Below, in pieces: positions 38,644 to 52,881 of a DNA stretch of 64,000 nucleotides. A program made the translations under genes and the position numbers. Within the stretch, counting starts at the first letter, position 1. The number at the start of each line of letters is the position of its first letter. The DNA lies in assembly GCA_905178155.1 (NCBI GenBank), contig CAJINV010000001.1, positions 12,504,676 through 12,568,675 of the forward strand, given 5' to 3'. The notes beneath the pieces are model-generated. The model was not told where the DNA came from. It did not search any database and saw only the letters and a program-made list of their open reading frames with translations. Source of the DNA: Amoebophrya sp. A120 (Eukaryota > Protista > Dinoflagellata).

Positions 38644-39515
38644 ATGGTGCTCGAGGACCGTGGAGTGCTGTATGCCATGAAGCCCGCCGGCTCGACGAAG
38701 GCAGAGTACCAAAACCTTGCGGACAACTACAACTGTACTCGGAAGCGCGTATTCGGAATCGACACAAATGTATTGCTTTCCCCTTCTTGCGTTCGCCCTA
38801 AGTAGGTGTGCGAACTGTCTGGTGCGTCTTGTTTTAGTGCGAAGTGTCTAGTGCACGATTTTACTTCTTGCGACGCCGCCGGGGAACAAGGAGGTGGGAC
38901 TGCGTCATTTCATCTAGGTCATCAATTCAAAACGGAAAACTCGATCAGGTAGGAACCTTCAACATGAATACAAACCGGGCCACATCAAGCGCTTGCAAAG
39001 GACTGCACCCACGAGGTAGCGTCATTTTGATTTTGGTGTACGCTTTTCTCTGAGAATGTTGTTTTCCTGCTTTCATGAAAGAAACTGCTGCCATCGCCAT
39101 TTGGAATTTTGTGAAGCATGCACCACAAAAATCAGGCGAATACGACAAGGGGACGCAAACCGTAAGGCCAACAGTCATCGAAGAGGGCATGACAAGAAAT
39201 GGGTGGCCAGCCGCGGTAAGCTTTTCTTCTGTGTTGCGTTATGAAATTATGAACCACCTTACTCTGTAGCATTTTTGCATTTGGATTCTGCTGATCATGA
39301 AGAACAACGAAAATTCTTATCAGGTCCGCGGGGGGCACATTATGAACCACATAGAGCCGAGCGACTCGCAGGTCCGAAAGCACGGCGGGCTGGATCGCAA
39401 CATTGCTGGCGACTACACGGTGCGGGATCCGACTTCGTTCTACATCGGATACGACAGCACGCACTACGGTGGCAACGTTGGCTCACGGAATCGGCTGCAG
39501 TACAACCCAAAATGA
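38644..39515 (+). CDS. Small multi-exon hypothetical protein
   Basis: Four coding-like segments (MVLEDRG..., VGTFNMN..., GEYDKG..., VRGGHIMNH...YNPK*) separated by AT-richer GT..AG stretches. Confidence 0.5.
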
Positions 39516-40153
39516 TAACTGCTGGTGCCCGCTAGCGCTGCTCTTCGAAAGATCGCTTTGGTGACTTGTGACACTACTTCCGCAAATCAATGCACAAAAC
39601 GCTTGACCGTATTTCAGTAAATGTACAGGAACTTGATGCCGTTGAGAGGTGTTGAGATGTTTACCAACACCTAGTGCGCTCGTTTATCGCGATCGTTTTC
39701 GTTTTCTAATGTGCTCAGAAAAACTCGCACTCTCACGGCCAAGTTGCGAAATTTTGGATGACGAAAGTATTACCCTGTTGGCGACAGGACGGACTTGCGG
39801 AACTTTGTATGATTGTAACAAATTTGAACTGAAATTAAAACCTGTAAAAGAGTAGACACCGATTGACTGACTGCTATGCGGCGCGCATTGGGGAAACGAA
39901 TCTTGGTTTTCCGCCCATATCCGAAATGAGAGCCTGCCTGTTCTTGCTATTCTCTTGGAGCGTAGAAAAGCGGCGGAACTACCTGGAACTTTGGCCGTTA
40001 AAGTACATGTCAGATGAAAGTACTGGTCCACCGAGGGCTTATACAAAAATAAAAAAACTTCCAGGCTAATATCGCGTGCGAGAAATCCGTTGCGTGTATA
40101 CAGTCTATCTTTGACGAATAGCGTACGTAGTGTGAAAAACCTTTCATCACACC

Positions 40154-42181
40154 ATGGGTGCGCAAGTGAGCCAGGGGCTCGACGCGGTGCTGTTCCAGCC
40201 CCCGGAAAGGGGCGCGGAGCAGCCCGCAGGTCAACCAAGTGCGACTGTACCTGGGCGCATAGGCGGCGAAAAGAACTTTGTGACAATCCAGACCCGATTA
40301 GGCGGCCACATCACCGCATACTCGTGGAACATCGGGGCGCGGGATACGATCCTATTCTCCCACGCCAACGCGGAGGACTTGTCCTGCTGCGTGGACTTTA
40401 TCCAGCGCATCGCCCGGTACTTGCGCGTCAACGTCTTTGCCTACGACTACGAGGGGTATGGGACTTCGACCGGGAAAGCCAGCGAGTCCGCCCTGTATGC
40501 CGATATAGAAGCTGCATACACCTATCTCAGGTACTGGGTAAAAGACGGATTTTTTTTTTCCTGTACGAAAGACTATCAGCTGCATTTGTGCCAATTGGAG
40601 ATCTCGATGCGCACGTGCTACTTGTCTTTGTACGAACAAAACATCAAAAAATCACCTAAATACTCCTCCAGGGAAGTGGTCGGCGTCCCGTGGGAGCACA
40701 TCATTCTGTACGGCCGGTCCATTGGCACCGGGCCCACCGTGCACCTGGCTGCCTCTGCGCCGGTGCGCGGCGTTATTGCGAGGAAAAATCCCCCCTCCCC
40801 ATATCAAAACGAAACTTCTGATGCTGGATTTGCGTGCACAAATCAGCCTTGTCTTGCAGCAGAGAACTGCAGCCCCTCCATAGCAAGCCTGCGCGGCGAG
40901 GTTTTAGCCTAGGCGCTCAGCATGACAAAAGCCTATGCCGTAGGCCCAACAGCATCGCAAACCGCTGGCATAATGCGGGAAGTCTTTTGGGTTTGCCTCC
41001 TTATGCAAGACAGAGACGATTTGTGATCACAAATAAGCATCACAAATTTCCAAAAATGTACCTTTTGAATATGGGGAGGGGGGATTTTTCCGCACAATAG
41101 GCGTGATTTTGCAAGCCCCGATGGCCAGCATCTACCGCATTATCCTGAGTAAAAACGTCCCCACACCAGAGTTGTAATGCAAATCTGCATGCCAAAAAAG
41201 TTTCTCATGCGGAGCCCCATGAGAAGCATTTTCTAGTCGTGTTTTTGAGTTTGTGATGCTAGAATGAGCATGATATGCTAGATCTGTGATGCTGCTGAAC
41301 TAGCGAAACAGGATCATACTAGGAGGGCAAACCTGTCATGCGAAACAGCGAAAGCTGGTTGATTTGTCTAGCCGATTTCCCATCTTGACTCTGGTGTGGG
41401 TACGTTTTTACTCAGGATACGCATTGTGTTTGATTTTCGCTTCACGATGTGGGGCGATCAGTTTGCGAACATTGACAAAATCGCGCGCGTCGCCAGCCCG
41501 GTCTGCATTGTGCACGGCATTGCGGACGAGATCGTCCCGGTATGGCACGGTGTAGAGCTGTGGAAGAAATTGCAGCGGCCGGTGGAACCGCTGTGGGTTC
41601 CGAACGGCGACCACAACGCGTTGGACCACGAGATGCTGTTGCGCAGGGTGAAACTTTTTCTCGTCGAACTTGAGCACATGGGGTTTTCCGAGAACCAGCT
41701 GAAGCAGGCACTACAGGAAACGGAAGAGATCGAGCGCTTGAAGTCCGACATGGACGGAACTGGAGACTTGATGTTCACCACCACGGGCGGCGGGGAGACC
41801 ACTTCTGCGATGCAGCCGGAGTCCGCTCCTTCGTCAAGAACTTCTTCGAGCAGCCGACGATCGGAAGGGAGTCGCGAGCCGCGGGAGCGCTCAGAACTGA
41901 TACTGCGGATCCACGGCGGGAGAGACAGTTTTTCGGAAGTACGTGCCAACTCACCGCACAATTCCTCCGAGAGCAGCGGAAGAAGCATTCGCGTCGGCAC
42001 CTCCGTGGTCGCACGGAACCGCGCCAGCGTGCTGGCGTATCTCGAACAGCAGGAGCACGCTGCTTCCATGGAGGAGGCGGCTTTGGCTGCGGCAGAGCTG
42101 CTGGAGGGACCAAATAATAGCAGGAGGGGGAGCAGAGTGGTGACAAGAACGGAAATGCAAAGGGTGCCGCTGCGTCCGTGA
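40154..42181 (+). CDS. ABHD17-like alpha/beta hydrolase (putative depalmitoylase)
   Basis: Motifs SHANAEDL, YDYEGYGTSTG, YGRSIGTGP, GVILQAP, DQFANIDKI, VHGIADEIV, GDHN; GT-AG intron 40531-40671 plus two introners; N-terminal MG. Confidence 0.9.
40774..41099. mobile_element. Introner, family D (326 bp)
   Basis: TIR tattgcgaggaaaaatccccctccccatat; TSD ggcgt; removal gives PVRGVILQAP. Confidence 0.93.
41141..41419. mobile_element. Introner, family C (279 bp)
   Basis: TIR tatcctgagtaaaaacgt.cccacaccagagt; TSD cgcat; removal gives SIYRIVFDFRFT. Confidence 0.93.
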
Positions 42182-42586
42182 AGAGAATTTGTTGCAAAAT
42201 TCTCGGCTGGGCAACCTACTGCGTTTCCTCATTTGTGGCGAACTCCTGTTCTCTCGGCGCCGCAACGTCGAACTTTGCAATCATGAGGAGGCCGCACTGA
42301 ACAAGAGGAAATCTACAGGACCACGAGGAAGAGGCCAACGTAGCGAGAAACTTCCGATACAGTTACAGACGGGAAGAGGGTGCTATGACAATGATAAGAA
42401 TGATCTGAGCGGAGAAGTGACTGAACGGCCGAGCTGCGGGTACTCATGCGTTGAGAGAGACCACTTGAAACTCTTGCAGAGCCTCTCCGCTTTACAGAGC
42501 AAGTGCATCTGCGTGCAAAAATCCGTGCCAAAAACGCACAGGTTTGTCCATAAGCACTGCTGGAACCAAAAACAGCAGAACTAATC

Positions 42587-45500
42587 ATGGCTGCAGACTC
42601 GCAATTTTCGCTTTCGGAGAAGGCTCCGTCTCCGAAGCGCCAGAAGTCCTTGCAGTCATCGGATGTGGTCTTTGACGACGACGAGTTTTCCAGCGTTACA
42701 GGTAGCTCCCGGCCAATTCGCAAGCCTACTGGATCCACGCTCTCTTCCGTGGCGTCGCGGTTTTGGCGCGCGGCGACAAGGGCTAGACCGATTGTCGCGG
42801 AAAACAGCGTCGAGGAGTTGCGTGCTGAAGTGGGAAAGTTGAAGCAGCTTGCGCGGGACGCAGCCACGCCGGTGACTTCTTGGTCGGAGAAAATCGCATC
42901 CGTCGCGGATGAAGAAGATCCAGAGGAGCAGGGAGTGGTCGACGTTAGTGGCAAGGACCCAGTAAATTTTCAAAACAAATTCTTCACATTTTTTCCCCGT
43001 CAGGATCAGGTCTTTATGGGTTCGCTTTTCTCTCGCATGAAGCGCTGCTATTGTCTGTGAAAAATCTTCCGCGATGAAAAAACATGCTGTGGAGCGTCTC
43101 CATACCACACTCAGGTGCCGACCGAAATTTCGGTGAAAAACGGACTGAATGCATCGATTCCCGACCCGGAAAGCGATACATCTCCGGTCCTCCTTCCGCC
43201 GTCGACGCTGACGGAGCACGGGCCGGCGGAGTTCCTGCGGGACAAGTCGTACGGATCCACACCGTCAGTGCGCAGCGACCCTTTGAATTTGTCGAAGAAC
43301 AATGTCCCGAGCCGCGGAGGCAGCTCCCGCAGTGCGAGCAAGGAACTTACCACAGTTCTGACCGACATGCTCCCGGTACAGAATTCGACATCTCGGCTGG
43401 ACGACAAAGCAGCGGAAGAGGAGTTTAGTAGCGGAACGGGGGAGGGGCACGATGAACATGAAGCAGCTGCCGGCCGGGTTGAGAATGAAAGCGCGTCGGT
43501 GACACAAATGCGCGCTGTGGACTCCGTCGATAGTAGCGGAAAAAACGCTCGCCACCATCCACCGCCCTCGTGGCCGTTCTCGCCGAGCCGGGGATCGCGG
43601 ATTCTCGCAGCAGAGTGCGCGTCGGACCCGTATGCGACGTCGAAGAACATGTCGGCGTTCGAGGTGAATCCGCCGGTTTTCTACGGAGAGCAGAAAATGG
43701 ACCCGGGCTTTCCCGACCTGGAGCCGTTGTCGGCTTCCTCGGCGACGTACGTGCTTGACGGAGAGGCAGAACCTCCACAAATGCGCGAAGACCCAATGAC
43801 TGCCGCAGCGAGACTGTTTGCGACAAATAATGCGCTGAGCCGCGGCCTGGCGAGCGCGAGCACGCGCAGCGGCAGCGGTAACGAACAGGCAAGCAGCAGC
43901 AGCAGTAGTAGCGCGAAGGGATTTTTCTCCACCAGCACCTACAAAAGCGGACGCAATCTACGCTCCGGGTCGGCTGCGGCACCTGCTTATCGCGTGCCGG
44001 CGTATGACGCGACGCCACCGGTGGTGGTGCCGCCTTCCAGTAGTGTGGCGTCCCGATTACGCAAACCCACGCGGACAACGCAGAAGCACTTGCAGTTACG
44101 CAGCAGTGCGTCCGCGTCGCAGCTGCATACGACCGGTGCGCGGTACAATACTTCGTCGAGAGCAGTGGGCCATTTGGATCATCGCAGCAGAGTGCCATTG
44201 CACGAGACCGCCGCTCACTTTCTTCCAGCAAATTATGTTCATTCCGACAACCACTACCCTAGCCGGAGGATCCAATCCGGCTCCAACGCCAACATTTCCT
44301 CTTCCGCAACCAACTCCGTTTTATCCGGTTTTTTTTCCGAAGAATGCCGCGCGCAGCTCGCTGAAATGCACGGTGACTTCACGATTCCGGTCGAACTGAT
44401 GCGGGCTTTGCTTGAGGAACTGGAGAGTCTGCATAAGCGAAACAGCCAGCTGCAGCAAGAGACGATGGAATTCAACGACACACAAGAACTCTTGCGGCTC
44501 CAATGTTCCGAGAACAAAAAAGAAACGGAGGACGTGGCGGCACGGCTGGCGAAGGCGAAACGCCAGGTGTTGAGTTTGAAAAAAACTCTCACAGAGAAGG
44601 GAGAACAAATTGAATCCCTACGGAAAGAGGCAAGTGTGGCGAAGGCAAAAGGTAAATGTGGCTGTGCTTTTCATGCGAATCTTCGGAAGTACGCACACTT
44701 GTTGTTCTTCGCGGATAAAGACTGAAAGTACAAGTAAATGCTAATGAAAACAACAGCTGAGCGCCCCGCAACCGCCCCGGTCCCGATTCAAATCGGCCTC
44801 AAGCGCACGAAGAACTGCGGCGTACAGACGGATTCGGCCTCCCGCACCGAAGACAAGTACCGCCTGGAGTACGAGAAGGCAGTGCAGGAGGTCCGGCGGT
44901 TACGCACGAAACTCGCCGCACAGAAGCTTACTGTGTTTGGAAATTTGACAAATAACCCGTCGGATGATACCACGGCAACTCTTGATTCGAATCAAAACCC
45001 GTCCAATGAGCAACTTGCGAAGGCGCGGGAAAATAATATCCACGTCGTGAAACTGAAGGGCGAAGTCGAAGTGCAGAAAGCGGAAATCGCCAAGCTTCGC
45101 AAGCGAAATTTCCAGTTGCAGCAAACTTTGAAAGTCCGCAGCGAGAAGCAAAAGCAAGACGCGATCCGGATTGACGCAGTGCCCGCTCCGAGGACTACAC
45201 AGACAAGTTTCAGTAGCAAAAACCCATCGCCAATCAGCAACGCGGCCGAGGTGGACTACTCTATGTCTACTTTTGGCGCTTACGACTACAAAGTGAAAAG
45301 TGGAAGCAACTCGTTTGTGTCGCGCCGGGGGGAGCAGGAGGAACACAGCTCTTCCTTTCCGTTGAATAAATCTACAAATTCGGCTGAGGAATTATTTGTT
45401 CCAGCTATTGGCCAGCAGCACGACAACTCTACAACCTCCAGCGCAGGCCGTTTGCGACTGAGCGCGAACGGCAGCGGAATTCGGCAGGTGGTGAAGGCTG

Positions 45501-45853
45501 CAAATCCGTCGTCATCGTTGGAAAAGTTGCAAGACGAACGAGGATGCGGGGGCTCCGACACTGCTCTAACAAGCGCATCGTATCCGAAAGAAAAATCCAG
45601 CGAAGAAAAGGATCACTACACGTCTGCCGACATTTTGGAGCTTCTTGAGCACCGGAGCCGCGAAGAATCCTGGCGCACAGAGAGCGTCGTGCTGGAGTCC
45701 TCACCGAAGGACACGTTTGCGAGCAAGGGCAATTGTGTAAGTGCAGGACAAGGTCGTGGCGAGCTATCAGAAAAAGATGTTGGACCAGTGGCCATGCCAA
45801 AAATCAGAACCGCAGATGGACCCGTCGTCCTCGCAATGCAGAAAATTTTATGA
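42587..45853 (+). CDS. Low-complexity/coiled-coil hypothetical protein, about 3 exons
   Basis: Consecutive plus-strand ORFs 42587-, 43115- and 44738- separated by short intron-like stretches; heptad-rich segments. Confidence 0.6.
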
Positions 45854-46257
45854 TAAGTAGGAGGATATTGTGATTGCGAGTCACGAATAAATTTGATACG
45901 CGAAATACTAAAGAAGTCGCGTTGCGTTCTCCTGCGATCGCCGTGCGCGAGCTGCCCTAGTTTCTGCAGTTGGAGGGTCATACGTGGTAGCTAGCCGCCG
46001 GAGGTTGTTCGCTATTTCAAGAAGTGGATCATCACATTGAGTGTGGTCTCCATTCGCTTTGTGCCTTTTGACGACTGTGATGGACGATCGCCTTCTGCCT
46101 TTGATCGTTCTCGAGAATCTTTACGCGCAGCGATCATATCTCGATTTGTGTTCTAGTAGAAGTGTTGTCTGTGGACTTGCGGTGCTTGGCATGTCGCTCG
46201 ATCATTATCTGGGAAAGTAGATGATTATCACACTAGAAGGTTTATTGATGCAGAAAA

Positions 46258-49200
46258 ATGTCGAAGCGGCAGCGACTGATTGAAGATGACATCGAGGAGG
46301 TCTCATCCAGCGACGAGGAAAATGTGGCATCTGCTTCGAGGCAACAGCCAGGAGCGCAGCCTACCACTGCAGCACCCGTTTCCAGCGCCGGGACGAGCGG
46401 GTTTAGTAGCTCTAGAGGTACTACTAGCGGAAGCGGAAGTACCCCACAGCATCACGGCCCCGGGCCGCCGTCCGCAGTGTTTCAAAATACCAACAGCCAA
46501 TTCGCTCCGCCCGCCTTTCGACCTCCAGCGACCACCGGGCCAGTTACCAACACGTCGCAGTTCCGACCGATGCTGCCCCCGCCCATCATCCGAAACCCGG
46601 CTGGTGCGCACCAGGTGCAAAGTGGTGCAGGATTTTCGTCTTTTTTGCAGTCTCGCCCCGTTGCGCCGTCTGTAGTACCAGCAAACACGTCGCAGTTTCT
46701 TAATCCAGTGACCACTCCGAAGATGGGCGCTCCGGTGGCGATGTCACAGAACCATTTGGGCAAGAATAACCCAGCAGCATTTTCGACTGATGTGCCCTCG
46801 CAGCCTGGAGGAACTTCTGTGCAGCAGCAGCAGCAACTACAGCAGCCGTATCGAGACCCGCCCCGGGGCATTAGGGATGTGGAGTTTTTCACCAAGGCGC
46901 CCACAGTCGAGGAAATGCTGCAGCAGATGACGGGGATTACTAGACCACCGGTGGAAAACAATTACAGGGAGAGTACGGATTCGGCGCAAGCCGGGGCTGT
47001 GGCGGCCGCAGCAAGTGCTGCAACCCCGTCCTCATCGTCCGCGCTCCTTGTTCCGCAGATCACCCACCAGGAAACAGAAATGGAGCCTAGCCAAGGACAA
47101 GCGCAAGCTCCAGCTCTTCCCGTTCAACTCACCGAGGGAAAAAGTAGACATGCGTTCGGTACTGTTGGCGCGAAGCCCGGCGAGCCGGAGGATGTGGGCG
47201 GCGGGTTTCTGAATGCGCAGGCCTTCCGGTCCGGCCGGGAGTACATGGCGATGAAAAGCGCGCGCATGAAAGAACAGTTTTTGGCTTTTCACAACGACAG
47301 AATGGGCCAGGTGCCGGGGATGGAAGAGCAGCGGGTACTTGCCAGAGAGCGGCAAGAGCGGGACGCCGGTGCTGCGACAACTCTACCCGGCGAGCGGGAC
47401 GCTACCGGCAAGAAAGTTCTCGTGCACGACCAATCGAGCGCCTCGTACACAAGTGAGATTTACAACAGTCGCAGGACCTATCACCAGGTGCGTACGGAAA
47501 GGATGAAGGAACAACTGGAGATACATCGGGGGAACAAGAAGAATTATGACGGAAAAATAGGTGGAGCAGAACTACGGGAAGATGCGAAGCCGGTCGTTCC
47601 TCAAGCGGCGCAAACCGAAATCAAGGACGAAGGTGCCGGTGATCCTGGCGCACCAGCAGCAACTAGCAGCAATCCGCTGGCTTCAATCGTGCGAAGACTA
47701 GCGAAGCAGGAGGAGCGCCGAGGGGGAGCCCTGATGCCGGGAAGTCGTGGCACCGACCATGCCGAGAATTCATCTGCACATCACCCGCCCGGTACTTCTG
47801 CAGCAGCATCCTCTTCCGCCGCGGCTGCACAGCGACACAAAAGACGACTGTTCCAAGGGCTGACGTTCTGGATGACGGGGCGGACGTCGACGTTGACCGA
47901 CATGCAAATCAAGAAGATGATTCTGCAGCATGGCGGCGTCTACGAGCCGTACGGTATGACGCGGGTTTCGCACATCATCGCCGAGAACCTGGCGATGGGC
48001 AATCAGGTGTGGCGCGAGTACAAGGAGAAACGGGAGAAGAAGCGTTACAAGGTGGTGTTACCCGCCTGGCTCGAGGACTGCATCCGGGAAAACAAGATCC
48101 TGCCGGAGACGGAGTACTTGCCCGAAGTGTTGCGCACGAAAACCATCCAGACGGCAGCGGAAAAGCTTGCGGAGCTCGAAAAGTTGAGGCCTCCAGGGAA
48201 GCGGAAGAAGAACAAACTGAAGGAACTGGCAGAGGAGGCGGCGAGAAATAAGAAGGGAGAGATGGAGGTGAACAAAGGAGCAGCAGACGGCCAAGTAAAA
48301 AGTGAGGAAGGTGAGGAGGGGGAAAGCGTACCTGGCGGCAAGAAAAATAAATCCGCTGACGACAAAGCGACGAAAAATGAGAATGGAGAAACGCTGAAAG
48401 TGAAGACAGAACCTGGAAACAAGGATCTCGGGCAATCAGACCGAGCAGAAAAAAAACCTCTGACCGCAGCGGAACGCTTTTGGCTCGAGAAACTGGACGA
48501 GCCCGTTCAGTACATTTCCGTGGAGCCTTTTCCGGACGCCGCAGCTGAGAGGCGAAGGGTGCTGAAGCAAGTGCTGTCCAACAAGCGCGTGTTGCAGTCC
48601 TTGCAGGTGCAAGAACGTGAGGCCAATCGGCTGATTCACTTGCCGGTAGAGCACTTGTCTCAGCAGCAGCAGGTGGATCGTGCTTCTCATTCGAGTGGAA
48701 GCAACATCGCTGAAATCCTGCGCACTTTATCGCAATTTCCGCAAATTGCAAAGCTTAAGCTGAACGTAATGGGAGCCGTAGCGCCATCGCCGGAGCGAAT
48801 GATGAGCGCGGCTGCAGAAGTCCCTGCGGCGGATGTGAACGTATCGAGCGGCTCTCTTGTGAGTGCGGTAAGCAGCCAGAATGGAGTAGTGGATGCAGCG
48901 GCAGTCCTGCTGCCTTCTACAGGTTCGACTTCTGGAGCAGGTTCCGCGCCGTCTCTGCTCCAACGAATGCAAGCGACACAAGGGAAACTTTTAACCCCGA
49001 TTCCGGAGGAGGGCGAGCTTTCTTCTTCGCAAGGCAATACTAGCCAGCCGGGGGCGCAGCTAAAGCTTACAGGAGCCCCTGCAACATCTCAGCACGCTGA
49101 CGAGCAGTCAATTATCAAAATTGAAAGAGATGCAAAGGACCCGGGTAGGGAGCTAGTGACTTTCAACGAAGACAATGAGGTGGTGCGGCATTTTGTGCAA

Positions 49201-51655
49201 GACATTTTCAACCAGAGCACCACCGTGAAGCAAACACGAGCGAGAATAATGGCTTTGTTTCAGCAGCAAGATAATGGTGCCGGGTCTCAACATTCAAAGC
49301 GAACATTTAAACATTTTTGCAGCGGTGCTCTGTGTGCGCCAGTTACGTTTGCAATTTGTGTTCCACTGATTTCAGTATGAGGCCAAAGATGTTGGCATTT
49401 TTCTACGGATCGACCGCCCTTTTTGATCGCTTTTGCAAATGGATCTAATTTTTGGATGTTGAGATCTGCCAAATCAGCTTCGACACAATCGATTTTAGTC
49501 TTCTACTCTGGAAGCCAGTCGCTTCACCCTCTAGTACCTTCGTCTCACGCATGAAATTTTTTCTAGTCCAGCAACAAGGCCAAGAGGGTTTATTTTTAGC
49601 AACCACTGAAGTAGTAAGGCTAGGGTTTCTTCGAGGGATGCGCATTCGCACAAAATGAGTGGCTTAGGTCTACACGTTTTTGTACAATTGTAAAGAATTC
49701 TTGTGCGACGTTTTTACATTTCGCTCCCACCATGCCAACCTTTATTCTCGGTGATTCAGTGCTGCCGATCACGAAGGCGAACAAATGGTGGACCAAAGTG
49801 GAAGAAGCGCCGCTGCAAATCCTCGCCGCCCGGGCGCCGTACCACTGCTATGTGGAAAAGCTGTACTACTGGAACATCAGCCCGCGCGCGCAGAAACTCG
49901 CACTGTGTCCCTTCAACATAAACGAAAGTGCGGGCCTGTTCTCGTCGACCTTTGATGCGGAGAAGACAGGTATACACAATTTGCGCTTGTTGGAAAACCA
50001 AGCATTTTTTTCTTCACGATTTTTGAGTTCTCTGTAGGTGAATGAAGTTTGGTATTTTGTTGTGCTCACCAATTCATTTTGAAGCATAACTCAGGTACTC
50101 CCTGTTCCTTCGCGTTCGTGGCCGAGAACACGGAAAATACGCTGCTTGAGCTGGAACTCAATCCACCCCTGTTGCTCAGACGGAGCGAAAACATCGGCAT
50201 GTGGGACCAGGAGAGCGGGGCACTCAACGTCGTGTAAGTCTAGTAAAGTTGCTTGTTTGATGTTCCGCTCTGAAATTTTAATTTTTTTCAGATGTAGAAA
50301 GAGTGGTAATAATATTCAAAGGAATTCATGAAGCAAAAACACCTCAGGTCCACTTGGAAACGAACGTTCGCCGGCTCTTTCAGTGGCAGCAGCGATGACC
50401 ATCTGGGCTACTTCCAAGCCTCCACACACCATTTTACCGGCGTGAAAAAGGTAAAGTCCTACCTTGCCTTATCATATGTAAAAACGTCCCCACACCAGAG
50501 TCAAGATGGGGATTTTGCAACACAAACCTTGAAGTTTGTGGGGTCACGCATGACAAGTTGCATGCTGTACTGTAGTGCAGCTTAGCAAGGGAAGCCGCAT
50601 AACACATCCATCTCCTTATCCTGTTTGCAACATTACAAGTTCCAAAACACGATGGGAAATGCCTCTCATGGGGATGCGCATTACAAATGCTCCTGTGCTT
50701 GCAAATCTGCATGACAACTCTGGGGTGGGGATGTTTTTTCATAGGATATGCCTACAGCACCAACTGGTACGTGACCTTCCGGCGACTCACCAAGGAAGAG
50801 CTATGAACTGCAAAAATGTCTAGGTCTGGAACTTTGCTCGACTTGGCATGCAGGTTTTCCATGACCCCTATGATCTGTTAAGGAGGACCTAGCATGACAG
50901 ATTCCGTGAGATCACTATCATGCCTATCCTGAATTAGAAACTGCCTCTCAACTTGGTCAAAAGTGGACAGCGTTTGGCAATCCTGCAACACAGATTTTTG
51001 CATGATGCAGATTTAGCATGACAAGTTCCAACCTTGCAGACCCACACATTTTTGCAGTGCATAAGAGCGGGACGCGAGCAAAAAGAAGAAAAAGCCCGAG
51101 AAGACGCAGCCGGTTTTGCAGCTTGCGAACAGTGACGAATTCGAGCGAAAAGCGAGCTTGCGAATTGCTTCACTGCAATCCGGCGACGCGAATTTGCGGA
51201 GGCATCCTCTAGTTCTCCAGCAAAGCGGCTGTACGAATTCTGCGGACGATCATTTGCCTGAGCTGCAACTCGAACCCGCGCCGGCAGGATACAAACCGAG
51301 GCCCGTCGCCGAGCAGCAGACCGCGACCTCCACTGGTGCAGCGACTCACAGCGCTCAAGAAACAAGCAGTAGTTCGAGTCAGAAGAAAGAGGGGAAAAGA
51401 AAGAAAAACGCCGCAAAGGAAGGCGAAGAAATATCAGGAGATCCGTCACTTCCCGGAGAAGGCAGCGACGACGCGGCGGTCTTCGAGAGCGAGCAGATAG
51501 AACCTGCTCCTGTGTCGCTCAATGACGTGACGCCGAAGCCAATGGAATGCTCGGAGGAGTCAACGGTTGATGACGAGATGAACACGACACCGGGGTTGAG
51601 CACCTCTATGTCACGGGAGGAAGAGGAGAATCAAATACCCGAGATCGCGGACTGA
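46258..51655 (+). CDS. BRCT-domain protein with REV1-type N-terminal BRCT; multi-exon, linkage of exons after ~49.3 kb uncertain
   Basis: EYMAMKSARMKEQF and LFQGLTFWMTG...ILQHGG...VSHIIA...VVLPAWLEDCIRENKILPETEY; the 3' exons join in frame after removing introners at 50470 and 50802. Confidence 0.65.
50470..50748. mobile_element. Introner, family C (279 bp), inverted relative to the 41141 copy
   Basis: TIR tatcatatgtaaaaacgtcccca; TSD tgcct; removal gives KSYLAYSTNWY. Confidence 0.92.
50802..51063. mobile_element. Introner, family E (262 bp), diverged and inverted relative to the 59167 copy
   Basis: TIR tatgaactgcaaaaatgt...acatttttgcagtgcata; TSD agagc; removal gives LTKEERDASKKK. Confidence 0.9.
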
Positions 51656-52151
51656 AATTTTTTGACGACTTGTTTTCAATCATTTTTCGCACAAATAAAC
51701 CATATTCACCACCTAGCGACAGCATAAACATTTGACAGCAAAAGTGCTAGTATTTTTGCCTCCTTCGCTTATTTCAAATAGCGAAATGAGATGTGTGACG
51801 TTGCCTGCTCATGTTCATCTCTTTTCCAGTAAACTACTTATACTCCAATGATCAAGCGCGTCTGTGTAAACAAAGAACCTGAGAGTTGTGTTGAGAGCAG
51901 ATGGAAGGTGAGATGACTTGGGGCAGGTTTGTTTTTGCCTCGCGGAGTGGCTGCTTACGAAGACAAATTGAGAGGGTCATATCTGTCGTTCAGCGGAATG
52001 TGGTACTACTTCGCAAAAAAAAATCTATAAAAATGTTCAATAAATACTCGTAGTTGTTTCATCCCAGCAGGAATTCTTCGAATTTCGACCAAAGTGTAAG
52101 AGAAAGGTATAAGAAACTTTTGGCGACTCGTCCCAGCGGCGCACCGTAGCC

Positions 52152-52881
52152 ATGGGGGGTTACAAGCAGTTGCATCACATGTGGTTTAACCGCTACGTGA
52201 TGGGCATGTGGGCGACGGGCTTCATTTGCAACTGGGCCACGGACCAGTGGTATCACATTCCGCGCGATCGGGTACTGGATTTTCTACGCATGCTATTTGC
52301 TTCAATTTTCAACTATTTTGAGAAAAGTGCAGAAAAGAGCTCGCGTTGCGCTGTCGTTGAGAACAAAAGAAAATTGCGCCTCCAAAACGATGAAACACGA
52401 CAGAACGCAAACATCCGTTGGCAGTATTGGATGGATCTTTGTAATGCGAAACGTGCGGGGGAGATCGATCCGACGATGCCTGGCTATATGGCCATGAAGT
52501 GGATTATGGAACTGTCAGGATTGAAATTAACAAAGTTGAAATAATTTGTGATGCATAAAATCTATACCAGTTGGGCCCACAGTTTCCAATCGGCGCATGA
52601 CAAATTTTCCTGGTCTCTGAAGCAAGTCTGTCATGCTGTTTAGGGCAAGATGGCTGCTCCCTGTCATGCTAGTCAGCAACCCAATTGCTGACCCTTACCA
52701 GCACTAGAATCTGCCTCCCTTGCGCCTTCAGCAATAGAGTCAGTCTTTGTGTCGCATTTTATGCATGGCAAATCATTTCAACTTTGCCGATTTCAACTCT
52801 GACACATCCATATGGATTAACGATCGTGAAAGTATCGAAGGAAGCAAAAGCCTGTCACTTCTCAATTTGCAACTACGATAG
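52152..52881 (+). CDS. Small hypothetical single-TM protein
   Basis: MGGYKQLHHMWFNRYVMGMWATGFICNW...; probable short intron near 52272; introner removal gives AMKWINDRES. Confidence 0.55.
52505..52812. mobile_element. Introner, family A (308 bp)
   Basis: TIR tatggaactgtcaggattgaaat...atttcaactctgacacatccata; TSD tggat. Confidence 0.92.

Noticed and set aside
52143-52153. accgtagccat matches the 5' half of the dinoflagellate spliced leader
   Set aside because: Only 11 nt; it diverges at the ATG and lacks the ttttggctcaag part normally kept in relics. The attttggcttcaa near 55242 is equally weak
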